64,000 bases of DNA, taken from assembly GCA_029855935.1 (NCBI GenBank), contig JAGSHN010000018.1:64001-128000 (forward strand). Direction: 5' to 3'. The DNA is from Candidatus Thorarchaeota archaeon. GTDB taxonomy: Archaea; Asgardarchaeota; Thorarchaeia; Thorarchaeales; Thorarchaeaceae. The notes beneath the pieces were generated by a model. The model did no database searches and had not been told where the DNA came from. It saw nothing but the letters and a program-made list of their open reading frames with translations. Positions 27,461 to 36,323 of the stretch are shown piece after piece (the stretch's first letter is position 1; every line of letters begins with the position of its first letter). The translations under genes and the position numbers were made by a program.

Positions 27461-28279
27461 TCACTGTCTCGATAGGACCTCGTCCATTGCGCCAGTCCGA
27501 TAGCCCTGCGTGTCAAGTGTCACATACCTGAAACCCGCATTCTTGGCAATCTCAGTCAGACGGTCCAATTTGTCAACATCGAACATCTTCTGACGCTCGT
27601 CACGCCCGACCTCTATCCGGACGATATCGCCGTGATAGCGTGCCCGAACACACTCAACACCGAACAGGTCTCGAACTGCCTGTTCGACCGTGTCCACCAT
27701 CCTGACCCGTTCCTCAGTTATCTCAGTCCCATACGGGAATCGACTGGCGAGACAGGCCATGGAGGGACGCTCAGCAACAGACAGACCGCGACTCCGTGCA
27801 AAAGCACGAATCTCATCTTTTGTGACGCCAGCCTCCTTGAACGGGGAGATCACTCCCGCCTCGGCAAGAGCCCTCGCCCCGGGCCGATGCCCCTGAACAT
27901 CGGTCGCGTTTGTGCCATCGACGATAAGGTCCAGCCCGAGCTCCCGGGCCGCGCTGAGCCACACCTGAGAGAGCTCTCTCTTGCAGAAGTAGCAGCGGTC
28001 GACAGGGTTCTTCGCAAGGCCGGGATTGTTCAACTCGTCAACGTGAACCACCCTCAGAGGGAGTCCGAGTTCCTCTGCCGTACGCCTTGCAGCATCAATC
28101 TCGCCACGAGCAAGCATGATGCTGTCGACTGTCAAGAGCACCGTCCGTTGGGCGCTCTCCTTGGCGAGGAGAGCAAGGACTGCACTGTCCACACCACCGC
28201 TGAAGGCGACAAGCACTCCGTGCCCGCGTAGGATCTCTCTGACTCTCTCGAACTTTCTCTCAGTATCTGCCATGCTCAT
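27461..28279 (-). CDS. larE: ATP-dependent sacrificial sulfur transferase LarE
   Basis: AFSGGVDS, RCYFCK, DGTNA, RPG, ACLASRFPYG, GYRTGAM. Confidence 0.93.
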   Translation of the reverse strand: MSMADTERKFERVREILRGHGVLVAFSGGVDSAVLALLAKESAQRTVLLTVDSIMLARGEIDAARRTAEELGLPLRVVHVDELNNPGLAKNPVDRCYFCKRELSQVWLSAARELGLDLIVDGTNATDVQGHRPGARALAEAGVISPFKEAGVTKDEIRAFARSRGLSVAERPSMACLASRFPYGTEITEERVRMVDTVEQAVRDLFGVECVRARYHGDIVRIEVGRDERQKMFDVDKLDRLTEIAKNAGFRYVTLDTQGYRTGAMDEVLSRQ

Positions 28280-28572
28280 CTGTTGTCATCTCCCACAAGA
28301 AGCGGCACGAGGATGTCTGCAACGGACTCGGCGCTCTCTTCCGACATGCCTCTCAGCAGGATCCGGCCATCAGGAAACACTGTCACAGCACTGTCCCCTG
28401 CGCCCTGTAGTATGAGAATTGAGGGCAGGGCGACGCGAACCTGCATACCGACTGCACGGGCCACTCTCTCTGCCAGTGAGGGGAGATCGATACGTGACCT
28501 GCGGTCGAGGCGTATCTCGAATCCTGTCTTCTCCGAACACAGACGCATCTCGTATCTCGCTGGCGAGTTCAT
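28276..28572 (-). CDS. Small protein resembling the ThiF/MoeB C-terminal extension domain
   Basis: RLCS...IDLxxLAxR...VTVFPDGRILLRG; ATGA overlap with larE. Confidence 0.55.
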   Translation of the reverse strand: MNSPARYEMRLCSEKTGFEIRLDRRSRIDLPSLAERVARAVGMQVRVALPSILILQGAGDSAVTVFPDGRILLRGMSEESAESVADILVPLLVGDDNR

Positions 28573-28585
28573 AGTGAGAGCTCCC

Positions 28586-29116
28586 TCACAGAGCTGGTAG
28601 GAGCCGTCCAATGGTGGCCGGATGTCGCAACGACACGCTCGCCCGCCGATGAACGAGTCCCCGGGCTCGGGGGCGTGCATCAAGGGGACCGGCACTCAGT
28701 TGAGCATTGGACTCCCAGTTGATGTTTTGACTCTTCTGTTTGTGGCCCGTGGAGAACAGCGGAGAGACGTCGGGAAACAGTGTTCGTCGATTGGCCAGCT
28801 GCCTCAATATGCCTCCAGGCCCAACCTTCGCAAGAGAATAGAATAGAATGAAGGTGAGTCGAGCGACGCCGAGGCGGTCTCCCCAGCGGGAGAGTCTCAC
28901 AACAGGCGTCCGACAACGTGGTCAATAGGACTTCCAAATCAGCAGGAGCCCTACGACGAGGGGGAAGAGCGCAAAGGCGGTCAGTGCAAGCATCTACTCT
29001 ATGGGAGTGCCACAGGTGGACTCGACGACTGTCTCCTCGGTCGTGGCAAAGATCAAGAGGGCAAGCAGGGCTGTTGGCGGTGCAATGGTCAGTAGTCTGT
29101 TCAAAGTTGTTCTCAT
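28586..29116 (-). pseudogene. Membrane-protein reading frame interrupted by an in-frame TAG and TGA
   Basis: GGAGGTG SD + ATG 29116; one 177-codon frame with stops at 28996-28994 and 28924-28922 and hydrophobic segments on both sides of them. Confidence 0.45.
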
Positions 29117-29248
29117 CTGGAACACCTCCCAGGGGAAGACATTCCGTAAAACGAACTGCGGGAGCCTTCTCCCGGCCGATTTTTGTCGAGAGTCCGCCTT
29201 AAGACATTTTCGAATATGAGCTCGGTTTCGGCTAGCGTAAGGCGCGCA

Positions 29249-30451
29249 TCAGAGTGATTGGCCCTCCTTCAGAACGAGGACCTCCGCCTCATTCACCTCT
29301 GCACGAATCCACAGCAGGTCCATCTTCTCCTCAGCTGGCGCAATCTCCTCAATTGGGGCGTGAATCGTAGGGTACTTCGGAGGAAGAACACAGCAGGAGG
29401 CAGCCTCGCTGGCAAACCTATAGGTCCCAATCTCTCGTGCCATCCGCTCGATCTCGACCTTGTCGTAGCCTATGCAAGGCCTTATGACGGGGGGGTCTGA
29501 GATGGCAGACGTCTCCACAAGCAGGTTCCGAGTTGTCTGAGAGGCCTGCTCGCCGATTATCTCTCCCGTCACAATGGCCTCGGCATTCTCCCTCCTCGCC
29601 ACCTCGGCCGCGAGACGATACATATTCCTCCGGCAGAACACACAGGTCATACGTCGCGGCGCGTGGCGGAGTACCTCGGTCAGATCATCACCATGTGGCA
29701 CGATGTACATCTTCACCTCTACACCGTGTATGAACCGACAGAGATGCCGTACTTGCTCGATGGCCACATTGACATTCGACCTGTCAGAGTACGGCGAGTT
29801 GTCGAAGTGGACAAACACGGGGACGGCCCCACGACGGATGATCTCGTACGCAGCAACAGGGGAGTCCAGACCACTGGAGATCATTATCACAACACGCCCC
29901 TCCATCCCGGTAGGAAGACCGCCAAGACCCTCCTCCGTCGTGTTGGCAACAAAGACCAAGTCATCACCAACCGGACATAGTGTCACGTTCAGGGCGGAGC
30001 CCGTGACAGGCTGGTCAGACGACTCAACCCTCGCAGCAAGCCCATCATCTGAGAGGAGCGAACACGCCTGCTGCGCCAGAACAATGGCCGTGGAATCATC
30101 TCGTGACAGAGAGAAGACAACGCCGCCAGCGGCGGAGGCTCCCGCCTTTTGCTGCAGCATCTTTCGCACGGCTCTCGCGATGGCCCTGTCATTATGTGAA
30201 ACCAGGACGCCGATACGAATCAGAGCAATGCCAAAGACGCGTCGTAGTGATGAGAGCAGAGGCTCCAAGTCACGCTCTCCAATGAAGACCGTGCCCTCGA
30301 CCTTTGTGATCTCCCGCGGTCTGAGGCCAGTCTCACGCAGACACTCTTGAATTGACCTGAGCAAGAGATGGAGAAACCTCTCCCTCCGCGAGTCTCTCAC
30401 GGCCGCGGTCCTTGTGGGCTCAATCAGGAGGCCCCATCTCTCTTCAGGCAT
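29249..30451 (-). CDS. thiI: tRNA sulfurtransferase ThiI (divergent N-terminal/THUMP region)
   Basis: GLGGLPTG, SSGLDSPVA, CVFCRR, TGEIIGEQASQT, DKVEI...IGT, CC. Confidence 0.9.
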   Translation of the reverse strand: MPEERWGLLIEPTRTAAVRDSRRERFLHLLLRSIQECLRETGLRPREITKVEGTVFIGERDLEPLLSSLRRVFGIALIRIGVLVSHNDRAIARAVRKMLQQKAGASAAGGVVFSLSRDDSTAIVLAQQACSLLSDDGLAARVESSDQPVTGSALNVTLCPVGDDLVFVANTTEEGLGGLPTGMEGRVVIMISSGLDSPVAAYEIIRRGAVPVFVHFDNSPYSDRSNVNVAIEQVRHLCRFIHGVEVKMYIVPHGDDLTEVLRHAPRRMTCVFCRRNMYRLAAEVARRENAEAIVTGEIIGEQASQTTRNLLVETSAISDPPVIRPCIGYDKVEIERMAREIGTYRFASEAASCCVLPPKYPTIHAPIEEIAPAEEKMDLLWIRAEVNEAEVLVLKEGQSL

Positions 30452-30585
30452 CTCTCATCACGACCAGGCTGGCTGTACCCTGCAACAGAGGTTGCCCTTT
30501 AACCTTACACGCTTAGGCAAGGCTTGCCACAGGACCGCTTGACATCCCTGATGGACACTCTTGTTCGCCACGCCATCGCCTGCGG

Positions 30586-31986
30586 TCAGCCTGGAGGCAT
30601 TGCAGCCTGAGGAAGAGTCTCCCTGATGGCGAACCACAGAAGGAGAGCGGCGCCTATGCCGAGAGCACCCGCTGCCCAGAATGGTATCACAAGACCCTCA
30701 ATGGCTATCCACGCAACGTAGAATGTCGTCAGTGAGAATACGCCGTAGAGCCAGCCGCCCAATATCGGGCCGACGGTGGCGCCAGCGTTGAAGAATGCCT
30801 GAATAGTCCCGAAGAGCTTGCCACGCAGCCTCCACGGCACTACGTCGGCCTGGATGGCACGCATCGCGGGCTGCGACGCTGACATAGCCGCGTTCTGAAC
30901 AACCCAGACGACTCCGGTCTCGGTGAGGTTGCGTGTCAGGGGCAGCATAAAGAGCCCTGCTCGTGCAGTGATGGCACCAACCACTGCAATGCCCTTTCGT
31001 CCGTGAGAGTCGGAATACCGTCCGGCGGGGATTGTGAAGAGCATGCCCACTGCACCAGCCCCTGATATGATGAACCCGATTGCACCAATGTCCGTGGTGA
31101 TCTTGCTCATCAGGAACAGCTGAAAGAGTGGCTGGCCCATTCCCATTGCCACTCCGTTGGCAACGGCCATCACATAGAGTACATTGACCATCCTGCGGGT
31201 CGTTGGGTCCATATCGTCCGAGATTGGGTCCGATTCTTCGGCAGAAGCATCCTCTTGGTCCTGCTGGTCAACGACCCGAAGCGGTGATATCTCGTTGGCC
31301 TTGGAGAGCGGCGCGGTCTCACTGAGGACAAACCAGGTGGCGATGACAGATGGTACGACGAGCAATGCAGCAATGAAGTACGGGACTCTGAACACATCAG
31401 GCACGGGCAGAAGCAGCACATCCCTGCAGAAGTTATAGAGAAGGCCACCCAGTCCGGGGCCGGCCACAAAGCCCACATTTGACACCATTATGTACAGGCC
31501 AAGGCCCTCCGCCCGTCGTGTCGGGCCGACAATGTCCATCAGAGCCGCCTCGGACGTGGGCCAGACCATCGCCGAAACAACGCCCTGCCCCGCACGTATC
31601 GCCAATAACTCCATCCAGTTGTGTGCCAGGCCGAACAGGATGAGCAGGATGACGTAACCAAGCAGCCCAGCGATGATTATGGGACGCCGCCCGCGACGAT
31701 CAGACACCCCGCCCCAGTAGCGTGCGAGAAGCGTTCTTGTTCCCATAAAGGCTGCCATCATCATTCCGAGAACAAAAGAGAACTGCGCAACAACCTCTGC
31801 CGGGACCGTGTAGCCAGCAGCTGGCGGTTGTGTCAGCCCTCCCTCGAGCGCGATGAGGTACAGAGCCATCGAGGGGGCCACTATGCCGAAGCCAAGCATC
31901 ACAAGAAGGGCATTGATGGCGAGGACCATCACGCGCGGATTCAGATAGAGGCTGTCCCCCGTACTTGAATGCCCCTGAATCCTCAT
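30586..31986 (-). CDS. MFS transporter
   Basis: GGVSDRRGRR and GRYSDSHGRK motif A copies; about 12 TM helices. Confidence 0.93.
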   Translation of the reverse strand: MRIQGHSSTGDSLYLNPRVMVLAINALLVMLGFGIVAPSMALYLIALEGGLTQPPAAGYTVPAEVVAQFSFVLGMMMAAFMGTRTLLARYWGGVSDRRGRRPIIIAGLLGYVILLILFGLAHNWMELLAIRAGQGVVSAMVWPTSEAALMDIVGPTRRAEGLGLYIMVSNVGFVAGPGLGGLLYNFCRDVLLLPVPDVFRVPYFIAALLVVPSVIATWFVLSETAPLSKANEISPLRVVDQQDQEDASAEESDPISDDMDPTTRRMVNVLYVMAVANGVAMGMGQPLFQLFLMSKITTDIGAIGFIISGAGAVGMLFTIPAGRYSDSHGRKGIAVVGAITARAGLFMLPLTRNLTETGVVWVVQNAAMSASQPAMRAIQADVVPWRLRGKLFGTIQAFFNAGATVGPILGGWLYGVFSLTTFYVAWIAIEGLVIPFWAAGALGIGAALLLWFAIRETLPQAAMPPG

Positions 31987-32149
31987 CGCGTAGTCCTCTA
32001 TCACTGGGCGGCTATTCAACCCTAATATAGGTAGCAGTACGCGCAGCGATAGTCGCACAAGGTGGGTACGGCATTATCACACAATCCAGTCAATTTCATT
32101 CATTCCAATGCAAGGGGTCGAGCCATCTAGATGAACCAGCCAAGTTCTG

Positions 32150-33091
32150 TCATAGGAACTGAATTACGATATCAATTATTATGATGATTGTGATAGCAAT
32201 GAGATAGTACCTGCGGATTCTGTTGAATCTTGTGATCTCCTCGTCGATTCCTCGAGAGATCTCGGATATCACTTCTATTGCATCGTGCATTCCCGACTCC
32301 GCATTCCTGTACAGATTGATTGCGTCTTCGAGGGTAAGATTTGGATCACGAATCTCATCTCCTGGAGATGCAAGCACGATTGCTCTACACTGTTCTGCTT
32401 CTCTGTAGAGGTCCTCGGGTCGCATTCGGCTCCACTTCGTGGCTCCATAGCGCGAGACTGCACTCATTGTCATTCCAAGGACACCAATGTAGAGAGAGGG
32501 AATGATGCATAGAAGTTCGAGGTAGTTGAGTCCCCAGGTGCCCGACGCAAACAGAGCATTCGCCAAGTACGAATCAATTGCTGTTTCAGCATCAACGTAG
32601 TGCTGGAACAGATACAAGAGCACTGCCAACCCAATGACGAGTGCATAGGGAGAGAATGAACCGGGATGCATAATTCGAAACATCGAGAGATTATACTCAC
32701 GATAGCGAGACTCACTATTCTCGCTTGAGTGAAATACCACCGAGTTCGCCAGAAGAAAACTGGCATCCAGCCTCTCGGTGTTGAGCGAAATGGCATGCAG
32801 TGTGGCATCAGCAGCTTTCAGCACGCCTCTCAACATAAGGATGCTCGCTAGCAGGATTGCAGCTACACCAACACCAGTTGTCAGAACACCCATGCGGAGG
32901 AGAACACCTGTCCCTCCATTCATCGCCAACTCAACTGCTAACAGGAATAGAAGTTCGGTGATGACAATAGAGTATGCAGCATCTTGCATCTTGCCTGAAA
33001 CCCTGCCAAGCTTCTCCGGGTGTTCAATAGACTCAAGTGTGACACGAAACCGGCCCATTGCAGTATCAAGCTTGTCTTCTTCTCTGGACAT
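32150..33091 (-). CDS. Hypothetical membrane protein, candidate immunity protein for the upstream cassette
   Basis: About 5 TM helices, AT-rich, 36 nt downstream of toxin-like copy 1. Immunity role is inferred from position only. Confidence 0.6.
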   Translation of the reverse strand: MSREEDKLDTAMGRFRVTLESIEHPEKLGRVSGKMQDAAYSIVITELLFLLAVELAMNGGTGVLLRMGVLTTGVGVAAILLASILMLRGVLKAADATLHAISLNTERLDASFLLANSVVFHSSENSESRYREYNLSMFRIMHPGSFSPYALVIGLAVLLYLFQHYVDAETAIDSYLANALFASGTWGLNYLELLCIIPSLYIGVLGMTMSAVSRYGATKWSRMRPEDLYREAEQCRAIVLASPGDEIRDPNLTLEDAINLYRNAESGMHDAIEVISEISRGIDEEITRFNRIRRYYLIAITIIIIIDIVIQFL

Positions 33092-33127
33092 TTGCTTCTC
33101 ACTCGACCATCTCTGGTTCGACCCCTA

Positions 33128-34031
33128 TCACATGAGTTGAACTATCGCATCGATCATGGCTATTATGCCAATTGCTGCTGCTGAGCAAGCGGCGAGACGG
33201 ACCCAAATGTCAGGCGTATCCGATAGAGCCAGGGCTGCCGCACTTCCACCCAGCAGGTACTGGATTGCAGAAATAAAAGAGGGAATCTTGAATGGGGAGG
33301 CAGCTGACACAACATAACCGATGACAGAACCTATCACTGCATTGAACGTCTTTCCAACCATTGAGTTGATTGCCATTAGTACTGTTCCAACACTAGCACG
33401 AAGAAATTCGAGAATCTCCTGAAAGGCATAGCCAATCACAGCTCCAACCCCAAATGTGAGGATAGCACCGAGAATACTCAATAGGAGACTTCTAGAATGC
33501 CATTTTACGTAATATGCTCCGACAAAGAATAGGCCTGTCAGAACAGCAATTGCAGGAATTCTGACAGAGGCCCAATCTTGCTGGATTGACAATACGATGG
33601 GCGCTGTCTCTCCCAACGCAATGGACTGGTATCTCTCAACGATGGCACCAACAAGACCCAGATCGGAGGTGAGAATACTCGCTACTGCGATACCACCTAT
33701 TCCCGCTTCAATGGTTCCACCAATGGACAATACGTCCCTTCCTGCATAGTCGCAAATTGCCTCCGAGTGGCAGGCCAGAACTATGTCTTTGCCAGGCGTT
33801 GTCTTTGTCCAGACACTAAACCTCTTCCAACTGACAGTCTCCCTGTTAACCAGAATCCCGGTCTCTGAGCCGTGAGAGAGCCACACGACTCTTCCACACA
33901 GTCCGGGAGATTGTCAAAACGTATTCCAAAGAACCGTACTCCACCACTCGCACATCTGGTACGTTCTCAGTGATGGTCCGCACTGCTGTGTTCATCGCAT
34001 GGTCATAGTCCATCACGACAATATCCGTCAT
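33128..34031 (-). pseudogene. Caspase/CHAT-like + hydrophobic C-terminal protein, copy 1 (frameshifted, no signal peptide)
   Basis: MTDIVVMDYDHAMNTAVRTITENVPDVRVVEYGSL is in one frame and WLSHGSETGIL...DIVLACHS in another. Extra base near 33897 (ACTGTGTGGAAGA vs GCGTTTGGAAGA in intact copies). Confidence 0.75.
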
Positions 34032-34078
34032 CAAACGAAACAACGTAGAATCCATGTTTTTCATTCTCACAGCGGGCC

Positions 34079-34798
34079 TCACAGCAGAATGAAAAACAGT
34101 GCTGAAAGCCAAAGAGAGAGTAGGAGAATCAATACCAGAAGACTTGGGTGCCAGCGTTGCGTACAGCACGGCATACCAAGCTGTCGCTCAAGATCTGCAA
34201 GAGCATACTGTGAAGGATCTCTGTTGGCAGAGGTTTCAGCTACTGTCTCCGCTGAGCTATGCCTGATTCGATTCATAACGTGGGCGAGCCACCAATCGTA
34301 GAAGACTATGAGAGCCGAACAACCAATACCTATGAACCCCACAAGAAGGAAGACTGTAGCAGTCTCAGTATTGCTCTGACTGAGACTGGCCACCAGCGTT
34401 GTGACCAGGGTGACAATCAGTGAAGTGATCACTCTTGGAACACCGACCCGGGCTCTCTCACCAGGGAGGAGAGCAATTCTCTTGATGCGGTCATCCCAGT
34501 CCGGCCCGTTCTTCTCCGTCTGAGCAACGATTGCAATGGCAACTGACACCCAGGTAGTCATCCTCGCAGATACTGCCATCCATAGCAAGAGTGCGATGGT
34601 CAAGACCATGCCCAGACAGATGGTTGCAGCCCCCAGTAGGGCGGACAACAGTCCGGACTCAGTCGAGGGTGGTCCAACAACAACAAGACCGAGAATGAAT
34701 ATGCTGTACAGAATGGTCAGGTGAACACACGTCTCAAGGTAGTAGTCAATAGATGACGGGAGTTCCAGTTGGATTGGTCCGGTACTGAAACGACTCAT
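34079..34798 (-). CDS. Hypothetical membrane protein, candidate immunity protein for copy 2
   Basis: About 5 TM helices, 28 nt downstream of copy 2; unrelated in sequence to 32150-33091. Confidence 0.6.
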   Translation of the reverse strand: MSRFSTGPIQLELPSSIDYYLETCVHLTILYSIFILGLVVVGPPSTESGLLSALLGAATICLGMVLTIALLLWMAVSARMTTWVSVAIAIVAQTEKNGPDWDDRIKRIALLPGERARVGVPRVITSLIVTLVTTLVASLSQSNTETATVFLLVGFIGIGCSALIVFYDWWLAHVMNRIRHSSAETVAETSANRDPSQYALADLERQLGMPCCTQRWHPSLLVLILLLSLWLSALFFILL

Positions 34799-34826
34799 TG
34801 CATCTCACACAGCTTATCATTGCACT

Positions 34827-35804
34827 CTATACGAGAAAAGTGTAGATTGTCACAATAATGAAGTCAACTATTGAGACTGTCAGTATTGCTGCCGATGCTG
34901 CAAACGCTGCCCTGATCCACGGTTGAGCTATGGAAACAGTACAGCCAAAGAGAGATGCCACTCGTCCTGCTAGAAGTCCGAACAGGTATGCGGCGCCCGG
35001 CAACGCTCCTCCAATCACTCTCTGTATTGCAAGACCAACCAGAACATTCACAATTGGTGAGACAACTGCAAGAAATGCTGCAGCTGAGGGGAAAAAGCAC
35101 TGGAGCAGATAGAATCCTATGCCTCCCAGAAGAGTTAGAATGCCTGAGATGACCGTAACTAAGAGAGGAGGATATGCATAGCTTGCTACCGCCTCTGGAA
35201 CTTCCTTTTCTGCAGCTCCAAAATACCACCAAGTGAGTAGGGCCACCAAACCCGCCTTGACCGCAATCCACCATGGGGGCACGACACCTAGAAATTCTGG
35301 CACAACAGACCCCAGAACAAGACTGGTAGTTCTTTCCCATACAGCACGAACAATATATCCAGTGGGACTGAGAAGATAGGCGACAAACAGTCCTCCAAGG
35401 GTCGCATCAATAGTACCACCGATACCTATGGCCTGTGAGGAAGAGACATACTCATTGACTCTGTCAGACTCACAGGCAAGAACGATATCCCTACCGGGAG
35501 TCAGTGTTGTCAGACGACTGAACCTCTTCCACGTCATCATCCCGCTTCGGAGAAGAATCCCCTCCTCAGAGCCATGGGACACCCACACGACTCTTCCAAA
35601 CGCTCGATGGATTGTCAATGCATAATCCAGCGAGCCGTACTCCACCACCTGGACAGCAGGTGCATTCTCGGTGATAGTCCGGACCGCTGTGTTCACCGCA
35701 CTGTCGCGATGCATCACCACAACAACATCAGCCATCACTGGTGCCGAGAGAGGCATGACCCACAGCGGGGACACCATCACGACCATCACAAGAATAATTC
35801 TCAA
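34827..35804 (-). CDS. Caspase/CHAT-like + hydrophobic C-terminal protein, copy 2 (intact)
   Basis: Signal-like N-terminus; VVWVSHG (H77), IVLACES (C111), AIGIGGTID; ~153-aa Gly/Ala-rich hydrophobic C-terminal domain. Confidence 0.75.
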   Translation of the reverse strand: MRIILVMVVMVSPLWVMPLSAPVMADVVVVMHRDSAVNTAVRTITENAPAVQVVEYGSLDYALTIHRAFGRVVWVSHGSEEGILLRSGMMTWKRFSRLTTLTPGRDIVLACESDRVNEYVSSSQAIGIGGTIDATLGGLFVAYLLSPTGYIVRAVWERTTSLVLGSVVPEFLGVVPPWWIAVKAGLVALLTWWYFGAAEKEVPEAVASYAYPPLLVTVISGILTLLGGIGFYLLQCFFPSAAAFLAVVSPIVNVLVGLAIQRVIGGALPGAAYLFGLLAGRVASLFGCTVSIAQPWIRAAFAASAAILTVSIVDFIIVTIYTFLV

Positions 35805-36020
35805 CAGAGTACGGTCACGACGACCGACCGACCTGGATTAGCCCGTGGGCTCACTCCGCTACCCACCAATCTCTCTCTCCCTCGTACATAGTGACTTGTT
35901 GAGTCTTCCAGTTGGGCAGATGGATATATGCTTTGTGGGCGGTCTTCAAGACCGAAAACATCTCCACGGGGACACTGCAACACGGGCTGAGATGATTGCG
36001 ACCATCTGGCATAGACTGTC
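35554..36020. repeat. Direct repeat A, copy 1 (5' part of toxin-like gene + upstream DNA); partner 55061-55530
   Basis: Long near-identical blocks, e.g. GGGACACCCACACGACTCTTCCAAACGCTCGATGGATTGTCAATGCATAATCCAGCGAGCCGTACTCCACCACC. Confidence 0.92.
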
Positions 36021-36179
36021 ATCTTCAGTCCCTCCGGAGTGAATGTTGACTACTCCAGACGCCAGACTGGACCCAGTGGAGTGACCCTCGCACGGGGCCG
36101 AATACCCCACCAATGGGAATTCGGCGGGGTCCAGAAACTATCAGTATCGGGAAATATTCGCAGCAATCCAGACTTGCCT

Positions 36180-36323
36180 CTCTGGGGGTGAATACTTGTG
36201 GAGAATGAGCACAGACAGAAGACTTTATCACAGAAGAGAGTCGCCGCTCTGTGATTTCCGTGTGAACAGTTGATGGCGGCGTGGTGACAAAAACACACGA
36301 GGAGTACTGAGATGCCAAATCCT
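36180..36323. repeat. Direct repeat B, copy 1 (xpb promoter + first 12 nt of CDS); partner 55593-55739
   Basis: GAGAGTCGCCGCTCTGTGATTTCCGTG...ACACACGAGGAGTACTGAGATGCCAAATCCT in both copies. Confidence 0.92.
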
